Source: Calditrichia bacterium
Lineage (GTDB): Bacteria > Calditrichota > Calditrichia > RBG-13-44-9 > J075
Assembly (NCBI GenBank): GCA_050633245.1
Contig: JBOEGD010000020.1
Location: 205,710 to 269,709 of the forward strand
Length of the DNA: 64,000 nucleotides
Direction: 5' to 3'
Shown: piece after piece, positions 11,592 through 22,405 of the stretch
Position numbering within the stretch: position 1 is the stretch's first letter
Layout of the letters: the number at the start of each line of letters is the position of its first letter
Translations under genes and position numbers: made by a program
The notes under the pieces: generated by a model
The model's input: only the letters and a program-made list of their open reading frames with translations
Databases searched by the model: none
What the model was told of the DNA's origin: nothing

Positions 11592-13814
11592 TCAGCGCCT
11601 TACGTCAAAAGAGCGTGTTCTGCTGTTACCGGCATTATCGGTCACGACAATTTTAACAACGTGTTTTCCACGTGGAATATGCCGCTTATGAATATAGACA
11701 AGCCGTTCTTCAGGGTCATACTCGAATAGTGACCATCGCCCATCGATGCGAACTTGAATTTGTGTTTCGCGATAAATACCAGACATCTCGTCGCGAACTG
11801 AAAAGGTCAGACGGGTTACGGAGCCACCACTTTCGTTAAACCGGGACAGATTTATCGGGCGCAGGGATGGTGCTATCGTGTCTTTTAAAGCGACAAATTT
11901 TTCGAGACTGAGAATCTTTGCGCTGAATGTGCGGACTCCATCAAATTCCGATGGAAGGAATTTCCAACTTTTTCTGCGGCGATCTTTGTAATACAAACCT
12001 ACGCCTTTTTGTCGGGCAATATCATCTGGCAGAGTCATGCGAATTCTGGCACCATTGTTCAACGGCGCATCAAATGGCTCAACGGTATACACATCGGACA
12101 GATAGGGATAATTCCGAGATAAGCGTGTCGTTGGTGAAGAGCGGAAAATCGCTGCGTGCAAGCTATCATAGCTGGCATTCTGGTTAAACTCAACTCGTAC
12201 CACATCATCTGATGAACGGACTACGCGCTGTTGCTGTGGAGCAATTGCCTGCCAGTGTTTCGCTTCGCTCGAGATGAATTCAAAATCAGGATAGCGCTTG
12301 GTATAAGATGCAAGTGAGGTTGTATTCATTTGAGTTAAATATTCCAGGGGACGATAGCGGTAGCTGGTAATTTTACCGCTCAACGGATCGGGCAATGGCA
12401 CATTACTTCGAATAAGAACCTGATTACCAAAAAACTTCAGGCGAGCCCGCGGAACGATATTCTCCTGCGCTTGGCTGTGTTTAAGGCTGTCTGTAAAAAT
12501 TACTACCGGAAGTGCGGGATCGGTTGCTGCTCCGAAAGCTGTTATGCGATAATAGGATTGTGCAGTGGTGTGACGATGTGGAATAATAACATGATAAAAA
12601 TTCTCGCCCTTTGCCTTCTGCTTAAATTCCAGCTCGGCATTATTTACGGCTCGAATGATTTTGCCATTACGATTCAGGCGCTCAACCTTGAACTCCTCAA
12701 ATCGTTCTTTGGATTTAAATGCAACCAGATAGCCCTCGTCGATACGAACCGTATTATAAACTTCCGGCATAACCGGGGAATGGTAAATAATGGTCATCCG
12801 GACTTCATGCAAATTGTTGTTGAAATCATAAACGCGAAAGACAACATCATTTTTACCATTGCGCAGGGTCTTTGCAGAGAGGAGTCCACCACCGGTTGCA
12901 GTGTTCTTATAAAACGGCAGCTTGTTGGCCGGGTGTTTATAAAAGTTATGATAAACGCGATAGCCCTTTCGGTGAAGTGAAAAGTTTTTGTCCACCTCAA
13001 TTAACCGGGTCTCATTATAGTTGAATCTATTATAGGCTATTTTATAGACCGTCGAATCGTTTATAAGCATTTCAGCACGATATAGATCAAAACCATTGCT
13101 TGCGCCATTTGCAAGATCGAAGCTGCGCAGGGCGATGTAGGCCTTCCCGGTAAGATAAACAGGCTTTTCAATTTCTGTTTTACTGCTTTGCTTTATCGGT
13201 AAAATAAGCGTATCCGGCTGAAAGTTTACAAGCGTCCCGGAGCTTTGTGGGATAACCGCCATAAACTTACTTTTGGGCGTAATTGTATCTTCAACCTGGT
13301 CGCTATAAAAACGCAGCGGGTTTATTGGATGATGGCTGGAGTTGCGGATCTCGAAATGAAGATGCGGAACGCCGATTCCGGTTTCCCCGGTGTAGCCCAG
13401 AAAGTCTCCCTTTTTTACAGGAAAGCGCTTGGCCTTCGGATAGGTATCGAGAATGTTGCTACGATTGGCTATGCGAACAGAGTCTGAATATGCATTTAAC
13501 GCGGTATTGAACCCGTCAAGATGAGCATATACCACGTAGTTGCCGTCATTCAAATGAAGATAGAGTGCTTTTCCGTAACCGGTTGCCGCTACTCGAATGC
13601 GATATACATAACCATCTTCGATAGCAAAAATCTTATAGCCCGTTTTTTGCCACGTCTTTATATCAATAGCTGCATGATAATGCCGGGGACGAAATTCACA
13701 AAAGTTACTGGTTATCAGCTTGCTGGCATCGGTGGGCCAGAGATAACTCTGGGCTGTTATACTAAATGAGGATGCGAGTAATACGAGAAAAATAACGTGC
13801 TGTATTTGCTTCAT
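11592..13814 (-). CDS. M23 family metallopeptidase with large C-terminal extension
   Basis: HAAID (HxxxD), YAHL, PHLHFEIR (HxH); signal peptide from ATG 13814. Confidence 0.88.
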   Translation of the reverse strand: MKQIQHVIFLVLLASSFSITAQSYLWPTDASKLITSNFCEFRPRHYHAAIDIKTWQKTGYKIFAIEDGYVYRIRVAATGYGKALYLHLNDGNYVVYAHLDGFNTALNAYSDSVRIANRSNILDTYPKAKRFPVKKGDFLGYTGETGIGVPHLHFEIRNSSHHPINPLRFYSDQVEDTITPKSKFMAVIPQSSGTLVNFQPDTLILPIKQSSKTEIEKPVYLTGKAYIALRSFDLANGASNGFDLYRAEMLINDSTVYKIAYNRFNYNETRLIEVDKNFSLHRKGYRVYHNFYKHPANKLPFYKNTATGGGLLSAKTLRNGKNDVVFRVYDFNNNLHEVRMTIIYHSPVMPEVYNTVRIDEGYLVAFKSKERFEEFKVERLNRNGKIIRAVNNAELEFKQKAKGENFYHVIIPHRHTTAQSYYRITAFGAATDPALPVVIFTDSLKHSQAQENIVPRARLKFFGNQVLIRSNVPLPDPLSGKITSYRYRPLEYLTQMNTTSLASYTKRYPDFEFISSEAKHWQAIAPQQQRVVRSSDDVVRVEFNQNASYDSLHAAIFRSSPTTRLSRNYPYLSDVYTVEPFDAPLNNGARIRMTLPDDIARQKGVGLYYKDRRRKSWKFLPSEFDGVRTFSAKILSLEKFVALKDTIAPSLRPINLSRFNESGGSVTRLTFSVRDEMSGIYRETQIQVRIDGRWSLFEYDPEERLVYIHKRHIPRGKHVVKIVVTDNAGNSRTRSFDVRR

Positions 13815-14256
13815 GTGCCGCTTTCTAATCTTGACCACACAGAGTGGTTGTAATAATTTCGGAGAATATCCGGTAAATGTCGAATATATCCATTATCGAG
13901 AGATTTTCCAACAAGCTTTATGGCAGAATTTGGCATAAAATCGCCTTAGAGCTTTGCAATCTATTGTGTCGAGGATGAAAGATTGTGAACGGTTGCACAG
14001 CATGGTCGACGATTAACTGAAAGTTCAGTCATGTTCTGAAAATAAAATAGTTCTCAGAGCTTCTGTTAAAGAGTGGAGCCATTTTTAGAACTGTGAAACT
14101 AATCTCTACTTTTCAATGTAAAATGAGACGTTCACGCATTCTATGAGCGTTGCGGGATTAAACACTTGATCCAACATACCGTTCATAGTTATTATCTTAT
14201 GCTTTTATTTTAGTCTATGTATTTAATCCCATTCTATACGATAGGAACTATCTATA

Positions 14257-16494
14257 ATGATACGCAAACGTCTGTTAGGCCTATTGCTGCTCTTAGGCCT
14301 TTTGCTGCCGCTTTCTGCGCAGGAGAACGCTGCATTAATTGGCTATATATCCGATTCCGGATCGGGAGAAACACTAATTCAGGCTAATATTTATACGCTT
14401 GAAACACTTGAAGGCGCAACAACCAATACCAGTGGTTATTATACCATTCCAGATTTAAAACCAGGTTCATATACTATTGTTGCCAGCTACATCGGCTATA
14501 GAGATTTCAGCAAGAAAATTACGCTATCTGCCGGTGAGCGCCTTCGTCTTGATGTTGAAATGCAACCGAGCTATGTTGAAGGCGAGGAAGTTATTGTTGA
14601 GGCTGAATTGTCCATCGATGAGGAAAAACCTGTTGGCTTGGTAACAGTGCCCCAGGCGCTCATTAAAGAGCTGCCGAAAGTTCTGGAGGCTGACTTATTT
14701 CGCTCTATCCAGTTACTACCCGGTATTAAGGCTGCCTCGGATTTTTCCAGCGGGCTTTATATTCGCGGTGGAAGTCCGGATCAAACGTTGATTTTGCTGG
14801 ACCGAACCACGGTTTATAATCCGTCGCACTTTTTTGGTTTCTTTTCGACCTTCAACCCGGACGCAATAAAAGATGTGCAGATTTATAAAGGCGGATACCC
14901 TGCTGAATATGGCGGGCGACTCGGTGCTGTCGTTGATATCTATAATCGTGCCGGAAACCGCAAAGAGTTTCAAGGCCGCGCTTCGGTTGGTCTGTTGGCC
15001 TCCCGACTGAATTTGGAAGGACCACTGCCCAAAGGGTCCTGGATGGTTGCGGGAAGACGTTCAACGCTGGAGCCGGTTTTGGCTGTGGTGCGTAAAAATG
15101 TCGATAATGTGCCGGATCAGTTTTACTTTTACGACTTTAATGGGAAGCTCAATTTTGATCCGACTCCAAATGATCGCTTAAACATCGCTTTCTATACCGG
15201 AAAAGACCTTGTTGCCTTCCCGATTACGGATAACTCGGAAATAAATCTGGATTACGGAAATGCAACAGTCAGCAGTAGCTGGACACATGTATTTTCAAAG
15301 AAAATATTCTCGAATTTCACGGGTACTTATTCGCGCTATTTCAGCACGCCCGATATCAGCATCGAAAATACCACCTTTGAGCGCGAGAATATTGTTGAAG
15401 ACCTCTCCCTGAAGGGGGATCTCGAATATGTTGTGAATAAAAAACACTCTTTGCAGGGTGGCTTTTGGGCAGGTAATCTGGACTATGAAATAGAAGAACG
15501 TTTCGACGGCATGGATACATTTCAGGAGTTCAATACTGGTAACTATGCGTCTCTCTATCTACAGGATGTGTGGCGCCCCAATCCGCTGTGGAAGATAACC
15601 GCCGGCGTACGTGCAAACTATTTTAGCGCCGGAGATTATACCCGTTATGAGCCACGTTTGGCAATGGAATATATTTATTCCCGCGATATGGTCTTCCAGC
15701 TGGCCTATGGCCGCTACTATCAGTTTTTGACGCTGGTAACAAATGAAGCGTTTACGGCGTTCGATACCTGGCTAACCGTGGATGAGGGAGTGCCGCCATC
15801 GTTTGGCGATCAGTTTGTCTTCGGATTTAAGAATCGCCTGAACGATACCTACAATCTGGATGTCGAGTTGTATTATAGAACGATGAAAGATCTGTTTCGC
15901 ATCGACCCGTTTGTAAATGACCTTGCCGGTGTAGACTATAAAGATTGGTTTATTTTTGGAGAAGGATTTGCAACCGGCGCAGAGTTTTTCTTGCAGAAGA
16001 GTAAGGGACGCTTCAATGGCTTTATCGGCTATACGCTTGGTTTAAGTCGGTTAAAGTACCCGGAACTAAATGGCGGTGATTACTTCTCTCCTAAATACGA
16101 TCGTACCCACGACTTAAACATTGTTGCCAACTATGATCTAACAAAGCAGTGGAAAGTAACCGGTGTTTTTTCCTATGCAACGGGGCAGGCCTATACGCAG
16201 GCACTTGGCAACTACGAAATTAATCCACCAACATCATCTGACTCTCGTTTCCCATTGATTGTGGATAATTTTAACGGTGCGCGCTTACCGGCGTATAACC
16301 GCCTGGATATCGGTTTTACCCGGATAGGTAAGCTTTGGGGTCAGAAATATCAGCTGCAATTGCAGGCAATTAATGTGTATTCACGACGCAATGTGTGGTT
16401 CTATCAGTATGATTTCGACGATAATCCCATAACTCGCGAAGACGTTGTAATGTTGCCGATTATTCCGAGCGTTTCGTTTACGCTGGACTTCTAA
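14257..16494 (+). CDS. TonB-dependent receptor (carboxypeptidase-like N-domain)
   Basis: Signal peptide; plug motifs IRGGSPDQ and YKGGYPAEYGGRL; C-terminal Phe. Confidence 0.92.
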   Translation: MIRKRLLGLLLLLGLLLPLSAQENAALIGYISDSGSGETLIQANIYTLETLEGATTNTSGYYTIPDLKPGSYTIVASYIGYRDFSKKITLSAGERLRLDVEMQPSYVEGEEVIVEAELSIDEEKPVGLVTVPQALIKELPKVLEADLFRSIQLLPGIKAASDFSSGLYIRGGSPDQTLILLDRTTVYNPSHFFGFFSTFNPDAIKDVQIYKGGYPAEYGGRLGAVVDIYNRAGNRKEFQGRASVGLLASRLNLEGPLPKGSWMVAGRRSTLEPVLAVVRKNVDNVPDQFYFYDFNGKLNFDPTPNDRLNIAFYTGKDLVAFPITDNSEINLDYGNATVSSSWTHVFSKKIFSNFTGTYSRYFSTPDISIENTTFERENIVEDLSLKGDLEYVVNKKHSLQGGFWAGNLDYEIEERFDGMDTFQEFNTGNYASLYLQDVWRPNPLWKITAGVRANYFSAGDYTRYEPRLAMEYIYSRDMVFQLAYGRYYQFLTLVTNEAFTAFDTWLTVDEGVPPSFGDQFVFGFKNRLNDTYNLDVELYYRTMKDLFRIDPFVNDLAGVDYKDWFIFGEGFATGAEFFLQKSKGRFNGFIGYTLGLSRLKYPELNGGDYFSPKYDRTHDLNIVANYDLTKQWKVTGVFSYATGQAYTQALGNYEINPPTSSDSRFPLIVDNFNGARLPAYNRLDIGFTRIGKLWGQKYQLQLQAINVYSRRNVWFYQYDFDDNPITREDVVMLPIIPSVSFTLDF

Positions 16495-16527
16495 TCTATG
16501 AAATTAATGAAACTCCTTCAGGAGAAT

Positions 16528-17415
16528 GATATGATAAAAAAGATGTTTTTAGTGTTGGCTCTTGTTCTCGCAAGCGGCTGTAGTCTGGTTGAAAGCGACA
16601 CATTCGAGTCGGAGTATGTTGTTGAAAGTTATTTGTTTGCCGGTGACCCGCTACCTGACATTCGTTTGTCGCAAACTGTTCCCTTTGGAACAGCCTATGT
16701 TTTCGAGCAGCAAGCCGTCGCAAATGCGACCGTCGAATTATCTCTGCTCGCCAGCGACAATTCTATCGAACAAACCTTTGCTTATGCCATGGGCGATCGT
16801 GGCATCTATCAAAGTAGCGGTGCAGCAGTTGTGCAACCACAGCGAAGCTATCGGCTGCGCATAACCTTTCCGGATGATGAAACGGTTGTGACGTCTACAA
16901 CGACAATTCCTGATACCTTTAGCATTATCACAGCCTCTACGGACACGGTGATTTTTGCCTCAACCGAGCGGCTGGAGATTGACGTTACCGAAAGTGTTTT
17001 CCCGGGGCGTCAGAATATCTTTATCTTTTCTACGGAAGCTTTTGATGTCAGCCTCGACAACCTCACTCCGCTTCTCGATGAGTTTTTTGATGAGGAAGAA
17101 GACGATCTGGAAGAATTTCGCATTAATGAGTCCCCTCCGATTAATGAGGGAAATTACGACCGCAATCCTGACGGATCACTAACCATTAACCTGCCCTGGA
17201 TTGCCATTAACTTTTATGGAGCTAACCGTATCCGCGCGACCGCGATTGATGACAATATTCTGGACTTTGTGCAGAGCGTCTCGACGCAAACTCAGGGGTC
17301 GACGCTATCTCCGGGGGAGGTACCTAACATTATTGACAATATTGAAAACGGCACCGGTGTATTCGGTAGCTACGCGCTGGTTGAAACAGACCTCTTTGTG
17401 AAGCGACCCTTTTAA
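16528..17415 (+). CDS. DUF4249-like lipoprotein, probable partner of the TonB receptor
   Basis: Lipobox LASGC; YVVESYL; C-terminal NIENGTGVFG; directly follows the receptor. Start uncertain (16498-16540). Confidence 0.75.
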   Translation, partial: DMIKKMFLVLALVLASGCSLVESDTFESEYVVESYLFAGDPLPDIRLSQTVPFGTAYVFEQQAVANATVELSLLASDNSIEQTFAYAMGDRGIYQSSGAAVVQPQRSYRLRITFPDDETVVTSTTTIPDTFSIITASTDTVIFASTERLEIDVTESVFPGRQNIFIFSTEAFDVSLDNLTPLLDEFFDEEEDDLEEFRINESPPINEGNYDRNPDGSLTINLPWIAINFYGANRIRATAIDDNILDFVQSVSTQTQGSTLSPGEVPNIIDNIENGTGVFGSYALVETDLFVKRPF

Positions 17416-17572
17416 ACATTATTGATATTTTTATTGAGCATTCAGTGCGCTGCAAGCTATTCTTGCGGCGCACTTTTTTTGTGAAAAAATAAAGTTTAAT
17501 GCAATTGAAAAAAAATGTTGCGACATTATGTGTCTATACATATATTGTCGGGGAATATAAATAAAAGAAGAC

Positions 17573-18022
17573 ATGGAACTGGAAAAAGAAATCAAACAGA
17601 AGCGTTTTCGCAGCGAATACCACAAGCTGGTGCTGAATATTGTTTATACAGGAAACTGGATTAGCACAAATAACATGCAGTGGCTGCGAAAGTTTGGACT
17701 GTCTTCTCAACAGTATAATATTTTACGAATCTTACGGGGCCAACATCCTAATCCTGCAACCGGGAACTTATTAAAGGATAGAATGTTGGACAAAATGTCT
17801 AATACATCTCGTTTGGTAGAGAAGCTGCGTCTGAAAAATCTTGTTGAACGCAAAACCTGCCCCAAAGATCGACGAGCGGTAGACATCATTATTACAGATG
17901 AAGGAATGAAGCTGTTGCAAAAAATCGATGAGCATGAACATGAGTGGGTTAATCAATTTGCAACGCTGTCTGAGGCCGAAACAAAGACCCTGAATACTTT
18001 ATTGGATAAGCTAAGGGGCTAG
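17573..18022 (+). CDS. MarR family transcriptional regulator
   Basis: LSSQQYNILRILRG, SRLVEKL, DRRAV..IT..G winged-helix motifs. Confidence 0.92.
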   Translation: MELEKEIKQKRFRSEYHKLVLNIVYTGNWISTNNMQWLRKFGLSSQQYNILRILRGQHPNPATGNLLKDRMLDKMSNTSRLVEKLRLKNLVERKTCPKDRRAVDIIITDEGMKLLQKIDEHEHEWVNQFATLSEAETKTLNTLLDKLRG

Positions 18023-18080
18023 ACACATACATATGAAAATCAACACACCTAACTAATATTTTTTTCAAGGAGATTTATTT

Positions 18081-18671
18081 ATGAAACGTTTTATCGCAAT
18101 TTTTATGATGGCTGCTTTTTTAGCACCAGCTTTGTTGGCTCAAACTTACAATGTAGATGCTGCCAAAAGCACACTTGGTTGGACAGGTGAAAAAGTAACC
18201 GGAGCTCATAATGGTACTGTTGCTATCAGCAGTGGCATGATGAAAATGGATGACGAGAAGGCATTGTCCGGCGAGTTTGCCATTGATATGACGAGCATTA
18301 ACTGCCTGGATATCGATAATGAAGAGTATAATGGCAAGTTAGTTGGACACCTGAAATCGGATGATTTCTTTTCTGTCGCAAGCCATCCTACTGCAACATT
18401 TGAAATTACCCGTGCTATTGAGTTTGAAGGCGACGGCGCAAACCACCGCGTGTTCGGTAAGTTGACCATTAAGGGAATCACTAACGAGATCTCTTTTCCT
18501 GCTCAGATCGATTTTACCGATGCCGGTTTTACTGCAAAAGCTAACTTCACCATCGATCGTTCCAAGTGGAATGTAAAGTATGGTTCCGGTAGTTTCTTCG
18601 ACGCTCTGGGTGACAAGCTTATCTATGACGACATCAAGTTTGACCTGAACCTGACGGGCTCCAAGGGCTAA
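18081..18671 (+). CDS. YceI family lipid/polyisoprenoid-binding protein
   Basis: Signal peptide; HLKSDDFF, GKLTIKGIT, IDRSKWNVKYGS. Confidence 0.92.
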   Translation: MKRFIAIFMMAAFLAPALLAQTYNVDAAKSTLGWTGEKVTGAHNGTVAISSGMMKMDDEKALSGEFAIDMTSINCLDIDNEEYNGKLVGHLKSDDFFSVASHPTATFEITRAIEFEGDGANHRVFGKLTIKGITNEISFPAQIDFTDAGFTAKANFTIDRSKWNVKYGSGSFFDALGDKLIYDDIKFDLNLTGSKG

Positions 18672-18697
18672 TCAATCCGTTCAGTCGCAACTAATTT

Positions 18698-18736
18698 GCG
18701 CGCCTCTGCAGTATTGCAGGGGCGCGTTTTTTTTTT
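18698..18736 (+). terminator. Intrinsic terminator after marR-yceI
   Basis: GC-rich hairpin GCGCGCCTCTGCA/TGCAGGGGCGCGT followed by a T-run. Confidence 0.8.
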
Positions 18737-18744
18737 GCGCTCAC

Positions 18745-19833
18745 TTAAAAAAGCACCTCCACGATCTTCTCAGCGACAAAGGAATGTGCTGCTGCAGACC
18801 AATGATGGTCATTAGGAAAACGAAAGATCGGCCGACCGCTTGCTTGCGCAGCCATTTTTGGTAACGGATCGAAATAGTTCATCTGAAGCGAATCGCAGTA
18901 GGCCTTTACCACCGCATTGTAATTTTGCTCGAGCAAACTGAAAGAGCCATCTGTTTCCTGGTGATTAACTAATAATACCAACAAGTCTGTCTCGAACTGT
19001 TTCGATAGCGCGTCGATTTCTGCAAGTTCTTCAAGAAGTGGTCGAACTATGGGTTTTAGTATGTGCGGTTCGGGAGGCACAGCGCGTTGTCTTTTTCGAA
19101 CGATGCTTCTACGCATGTTGTGATAAACTTTTATTAAGTGAGCACCAAAGTAAAAGTGTTCATCCAGCCAAATATCGAGTTTGCGAAGCCAGGGAGTTTT
19201 GAATGGGCTCACCAGCATGCCGTCATTCACCAGGCGGATATCAGCGATGCTATTTTTACCTACCGCCATACCATTAAAATAAGTATATGGGGATTCCACC
19301 CGCCAGTAGCGCGAGGCGTATACGCCGACAATTAGAGCTTCCGGCTGAACAATGGGGAGCAACTCTTCAATATGTTGCCGAATTTGTCTTAGTCCATACC
19401 CGGATACTCCTGCATTAAGCACGCGCTTCTTATTAGTCAGTCTTGCCTGCAATTGTGCAGGCCATGCTTCAGCCTGTTCTACTCCGAACCCCGCAGTAAA
19501 GGAATTTCCCACTGCAAGTATAGATACTGGAACCAGAGAATCGAGCATGGCGTCCCGCAGCCCGATGCTGTTGGTTTTTATTGAGACGCTATAATCTTGC
19601 GCAATCATTTTACCCTCAAAATTCGGTGCGTAGGCATATTCACGTTCCGGATGCGGAATAAGAAGGCCCTCCGGTTGCTCAGGAGGAAAAAGGATATAAC
19701 CAGGTCTGGAAAGCAGGGAACGAGTCAATACCTCTGCCAAGGCAAGAATGACAGCTAAAATAATGATGCTAAAAATAACTTTATTCCGTAGCGAAGGAGC
19801 TTGTGTTTTCGGTCCTTTTTTTTGCGTACTCAT
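18745..19833 (-). CDS. SGNH/GDSL hydrolase-like membrane-anchored protein
   Basis: N-terminal TM (LALAEVLTR), AVGNSFTAG, NAGVSGYG, DHHWSAAAH. Start placed at ATG 19833 (uncertain). Confidence 0.8.
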   Translation of the reverse strand: MSTQKKGPKTQAPSLRNKVIFSIIILAVILALAEVLTRSLLSRPGYILFPPEQPEGLLIPHPEREYAYAPNFEGKMIAQDYSVSIKTNSIGLRDAMLDSLVPVSILAVGNSFTAGFGVEQAEAWPAQLQARLTNKKRVLNAGVSGYGLRQIRQHIEELLPIVQPEALIVGVYASRYWRVESPYTYFNGMAVGKNSIADIRLVNDGMLVSPFKTPWLRKLDIWLDEHFYFGAHLIKVYHNMRRSIVRKRQRAVPPEPHILKPIVRPLLEELAEIDALSKQFETDLLVLLVNHQETDGSFSLLEQNYNAVVKAYCDSLQMNYFDPLPKMAAQASGRPIFRFPNDHHWSAAAHSFVAEKIVEVLF

Positions 19834-19915
19834 ACTACGGGGTGTTCCATGCTGTTTAACCGTCGGTTTATCCACAAACATACGGTTTGGCATAAAGCGA
19901 ACCAAGAAAAATCGG

Positions 19916-20055
19916 CGTACCGCATTGCGCAATTGCCTGTACCGCACGGTACAAGCGGCATAAGTGAACTAACAACGACTAAAAGGAGTTTTTTTTCTAA
20001 GCGCCTGATTCCACTGAGTTTGAGCTGCCCTCCCTGCTTTTGGCACCGTGCTTGC
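19916..20055 (+). promoter_or_regulatory. Sigma54-type -24/-12 promoter with tandem upstream activator palindromes
   Basis: TGGCAC-CGTGC-TTGC at 20041-20055; perfect palindrome TGTACCG-CA-CGGTACA at 19938-19953; degenerate copy CGTACCGCATTGCGCA at 19916-19931. Confidence 0.7.
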
Positions 20056-20117
20056 CTAAGTAGTGGGCATCATGGTTATCACAAAAAACATTTCAATCTC
20101 AACTCAGGAGTTACATT

Positions 20118-21020
20118 ATGTTCAACGCAATTCATCAATCCTCACTTAGTAAATTTAAGCCCGTAGTATTTTTTCTCGCCGTTCTTCTTGTTCTCGTGGG
20201 ATGTAATAAAGAGTCGGCTATGGAGCCTGCTTCCACGACAGATATTTCAGCTAACCAGGATGCCGCAGAATCTATTGCCAGCGGTATAGCAGAAGAGACC
20301 GGCGGCGTCGTCGATCAGACAGCTGATCTTGCCGAGTTTGCTCAGGCAGACGGTTTTCAGAAAGGCCTCGATAAATTTTCTTCCAAGAACAGCGTTTCAA
20401 GTATTGATACATCGTATGATGCAACATCGGGTGTTTGGACAATAACACTGAATCGCGAGCGTGGCAACCCCAACTCAGGTGCTTTCTATGCCAGTATTTA
20501 TCGTCTGTATAATTTACAATTCCTGGATGGTAGTGGTACCCCGCAAAAGTGGTATGATACCAATGGCAGTATTGCCGAGACCATCAACTTCGATATTGTA
20601 GAAGGTAGTGGACGCCATACGACCTTCCGTTTGTCGCAGCGTCTGAACTTGTTGAACGCAAGTATTGTCGCAACAAACACGCACACCGACGAAATTACTT
20701 ATAACGGTACTTATACTCGTGCGGCAGAAGATACCATTACGACTGCACGTGCTACTCGTACGCTCGACTATACCAAGTCTATTGTCCTGACCGATGTCGT
20801 TGGCCCACGTAGAATTCGCAATAATTGGTCTCGTGCTGTTAGTGGACAAATCTCCGGAACATACGATGCCACAATCACATTTACTCGTGGTGACGCATAT
20901 TCAGAGCGCACGGTTAGTCGTACAATTGATATCACCCTCGGCGGTGGCAGCGCGGCGATTGATGTAAACGGTGAAACTTATATGGCCGACGTTCAGACCG
21001 GCGAGCTTCAAGAGAACTAA
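20118..21020 (+). CDS. Hypothetical lipoprotein (beta-rich)
   Basis: CAGGAG RBS, lipobox LVGC, Thr/Ser-rich beta-strand pattern. Confidence 0.8.
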   Translation: MFNAIHQSSLSKFKPVVFFLAVLLVLVGCNKESAMEPASTTDISANQDAAESIASGIAEETGGVVDQTADLAEFAQADGFQKGLDKFSSKNSVSSIDTSYDATSGVWTITLNRERGNPNSGAFYASIYRLYNLQFLDGSGTPQKWYDTNGSIAETINFDIVEGSGRHTTFRLSQRLNLLNASIVATNTHTDEITYNGTYTRAAEDTITTARATRTLDYTKSIVLTDVVGPRRIRNNWSRAVSGQISGTYDATITFTRGDAYSERTVSRTIDITLGGGSAAIDVNGETYMADVQTGELQEN

Positions 21021-21076
21021 ACAGAATCCCCCAACCCTCGGCACAACTCTGTTGTGCCGTCACTCTCTACACACGC

Positions 21077-21107
21077 AGCCGGGTAACGCAAGTTACCCGG
21101 CTTTTTT
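21077..21107 (+). terminator. Intrinsic terminator
   Basis: AGCCGGGTAAC-GCAA-GTTACCCGGCT followed by a T-run. Confidence 0.85.
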
Positions 21108-21345
21108 GACGTGTTTCTTTAGTTTAACATTTTTGAGATGTGTAAAACAATGCAAAACGCTGTCTATTATTACATGTCCTCAAATTCTTTCTGCATGAAG
21201 TCTTAGCAAGTATATCGTAAAGCATCTTTGATATCATTCATTTTTATAGTTATCTTAATTTTGTATCCGAGAGAATCCCGGCACTATGCTGCTCTATTTT
21301 AATGAGTATGTGGGAGCTGTTTGGGCTCAGGGACAATGAACGCTA

Positions 21346-22329
21346 GTGGAAAGCAATATGTCGGTAGAAGGAACACAGTCAAAGCCGTCGTGGATAAGCA
21401 AGACGCTGTCCTGGTTGCGCAAAACGCAGAACCGTGAGTCTGCAAGCCTGACCATTCTGTTTGCAGATATCTGCCAGAGCACGCGGCTGTTCGAAAAGTA
21501 TGGTGATGATCAGGCTCAGCAGATCGTGGCCCAGACCCTTGATATTCTTATCGACCTCGTACGTCGTGCGGACGGTGCGGTTATCAAGACGATCGGCGAT
21601 GAGGTTATGTGTACGTTTCAGGAAGTAAATACTGCTGCCCGTGTTGCTCATACCATGCAACATCTCATAAAATCAAATGTGTCATTGAAGCGTTATGCTA
21701 TTTCAATTCGTATCGGAATGCACTATGGCGATGTTGTGTTAGAGAAGAATGATGTGTTTGGCGATGCCGTAAACGTTGCTTCGCGAATGGCTGGTATGGC
21801 CAAAGCCGATCAAATCATTACGTCTGGCAATACGATTGAGCGATTGGATAATGAGCTAAAGGCCAGCACGCGCTTTCTAAGGCGCGAGCGACCTCGTGGT
21901 AAGGAAGAACGCATTGATGTGTGCGAAATTATCTGGCAAGAAGATCGCTCCGATTTAACCGTTACTCTGAATTCTCGTAGGAATGATACCACTACCACAT
22001 CGCTGATTTCTCTGGTATTGCGCTATCGAGATATCGAGATGGGGGTTGACAAAGGACGCCCTACGGTGCGGATTGGCAGGGAAGAGCAAAACGATTTAAT
22101 CGTGAATAGCAAGTTGGTCTCGCGTATGCATGCTACAATCGAGTTTCAGAACGGCAAGTTTGTTCTGATCGATAAAAGCCACAATGGAACCTATATCTGT
22201 ACCAGCACGGGCGAATCTCTGTTTGCTCACCGTGAAACGATTCCGCTCTATGGAAAAGGAATTATCAGTCTTGGGCATGATGTGGATGCAAACGATGAAG
22301 ATTGGATTTATTATACCTGCGATGTGTAG
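21346..22329 (+). CDS. Class III adenylate/guanylate cyclase with C-terminal FHA domain
   Basis: FADI, KTIGDEVM, RIGMHYG, DVFGDAVNVASRM; FHA motifs IGR...SRMHA...SHNGT. Confidence 0.9.
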   Translation: MESNMSVEGTQSKPSWISKTLSWLRKTQNRESASLTILFADICQSTRLFEKYGDDQAQQIVAQTLDILIDLVRRADGAVIKTIGDEVMCTFQEVNTAARVAHTMQHLIKSNVSLKRYAISIRIGMHYGDVVLEKNDVFGDAVNVASRMAGMAKADQIITSGNTIERLDNELKASTRFLRRERPRGKEERIDVCEIIWQEDRSDLTVTLNSRRNDTTTTSLISLVLRYRDIEMGVDKGRPTVRIGREEQNDLIVNSKLVSRMHATIEFQNGKFVLIDKSHNGTYICTSTGESLFAHRETIPLYGKGIISLGHDVDANDEDWIYYTCDV

Positions 22330-22405
22330 AGCCTGCCTAACTGCCTGAGCGTTTCTGAAGGCTGTACCTCGGAATAGTGTTGTAAAACCGTTTACCTGAT
22401 CCTCG

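Noticed and set aside
13839-14256. Hidden RNA gene or sigma54 promoter in the long divergent intergenic region
   Set aside because: No tRNA-like or extended structure seen; the TGGCA..GC candidates have 9-nt rather than 10-nt GG-to-GC spacing.
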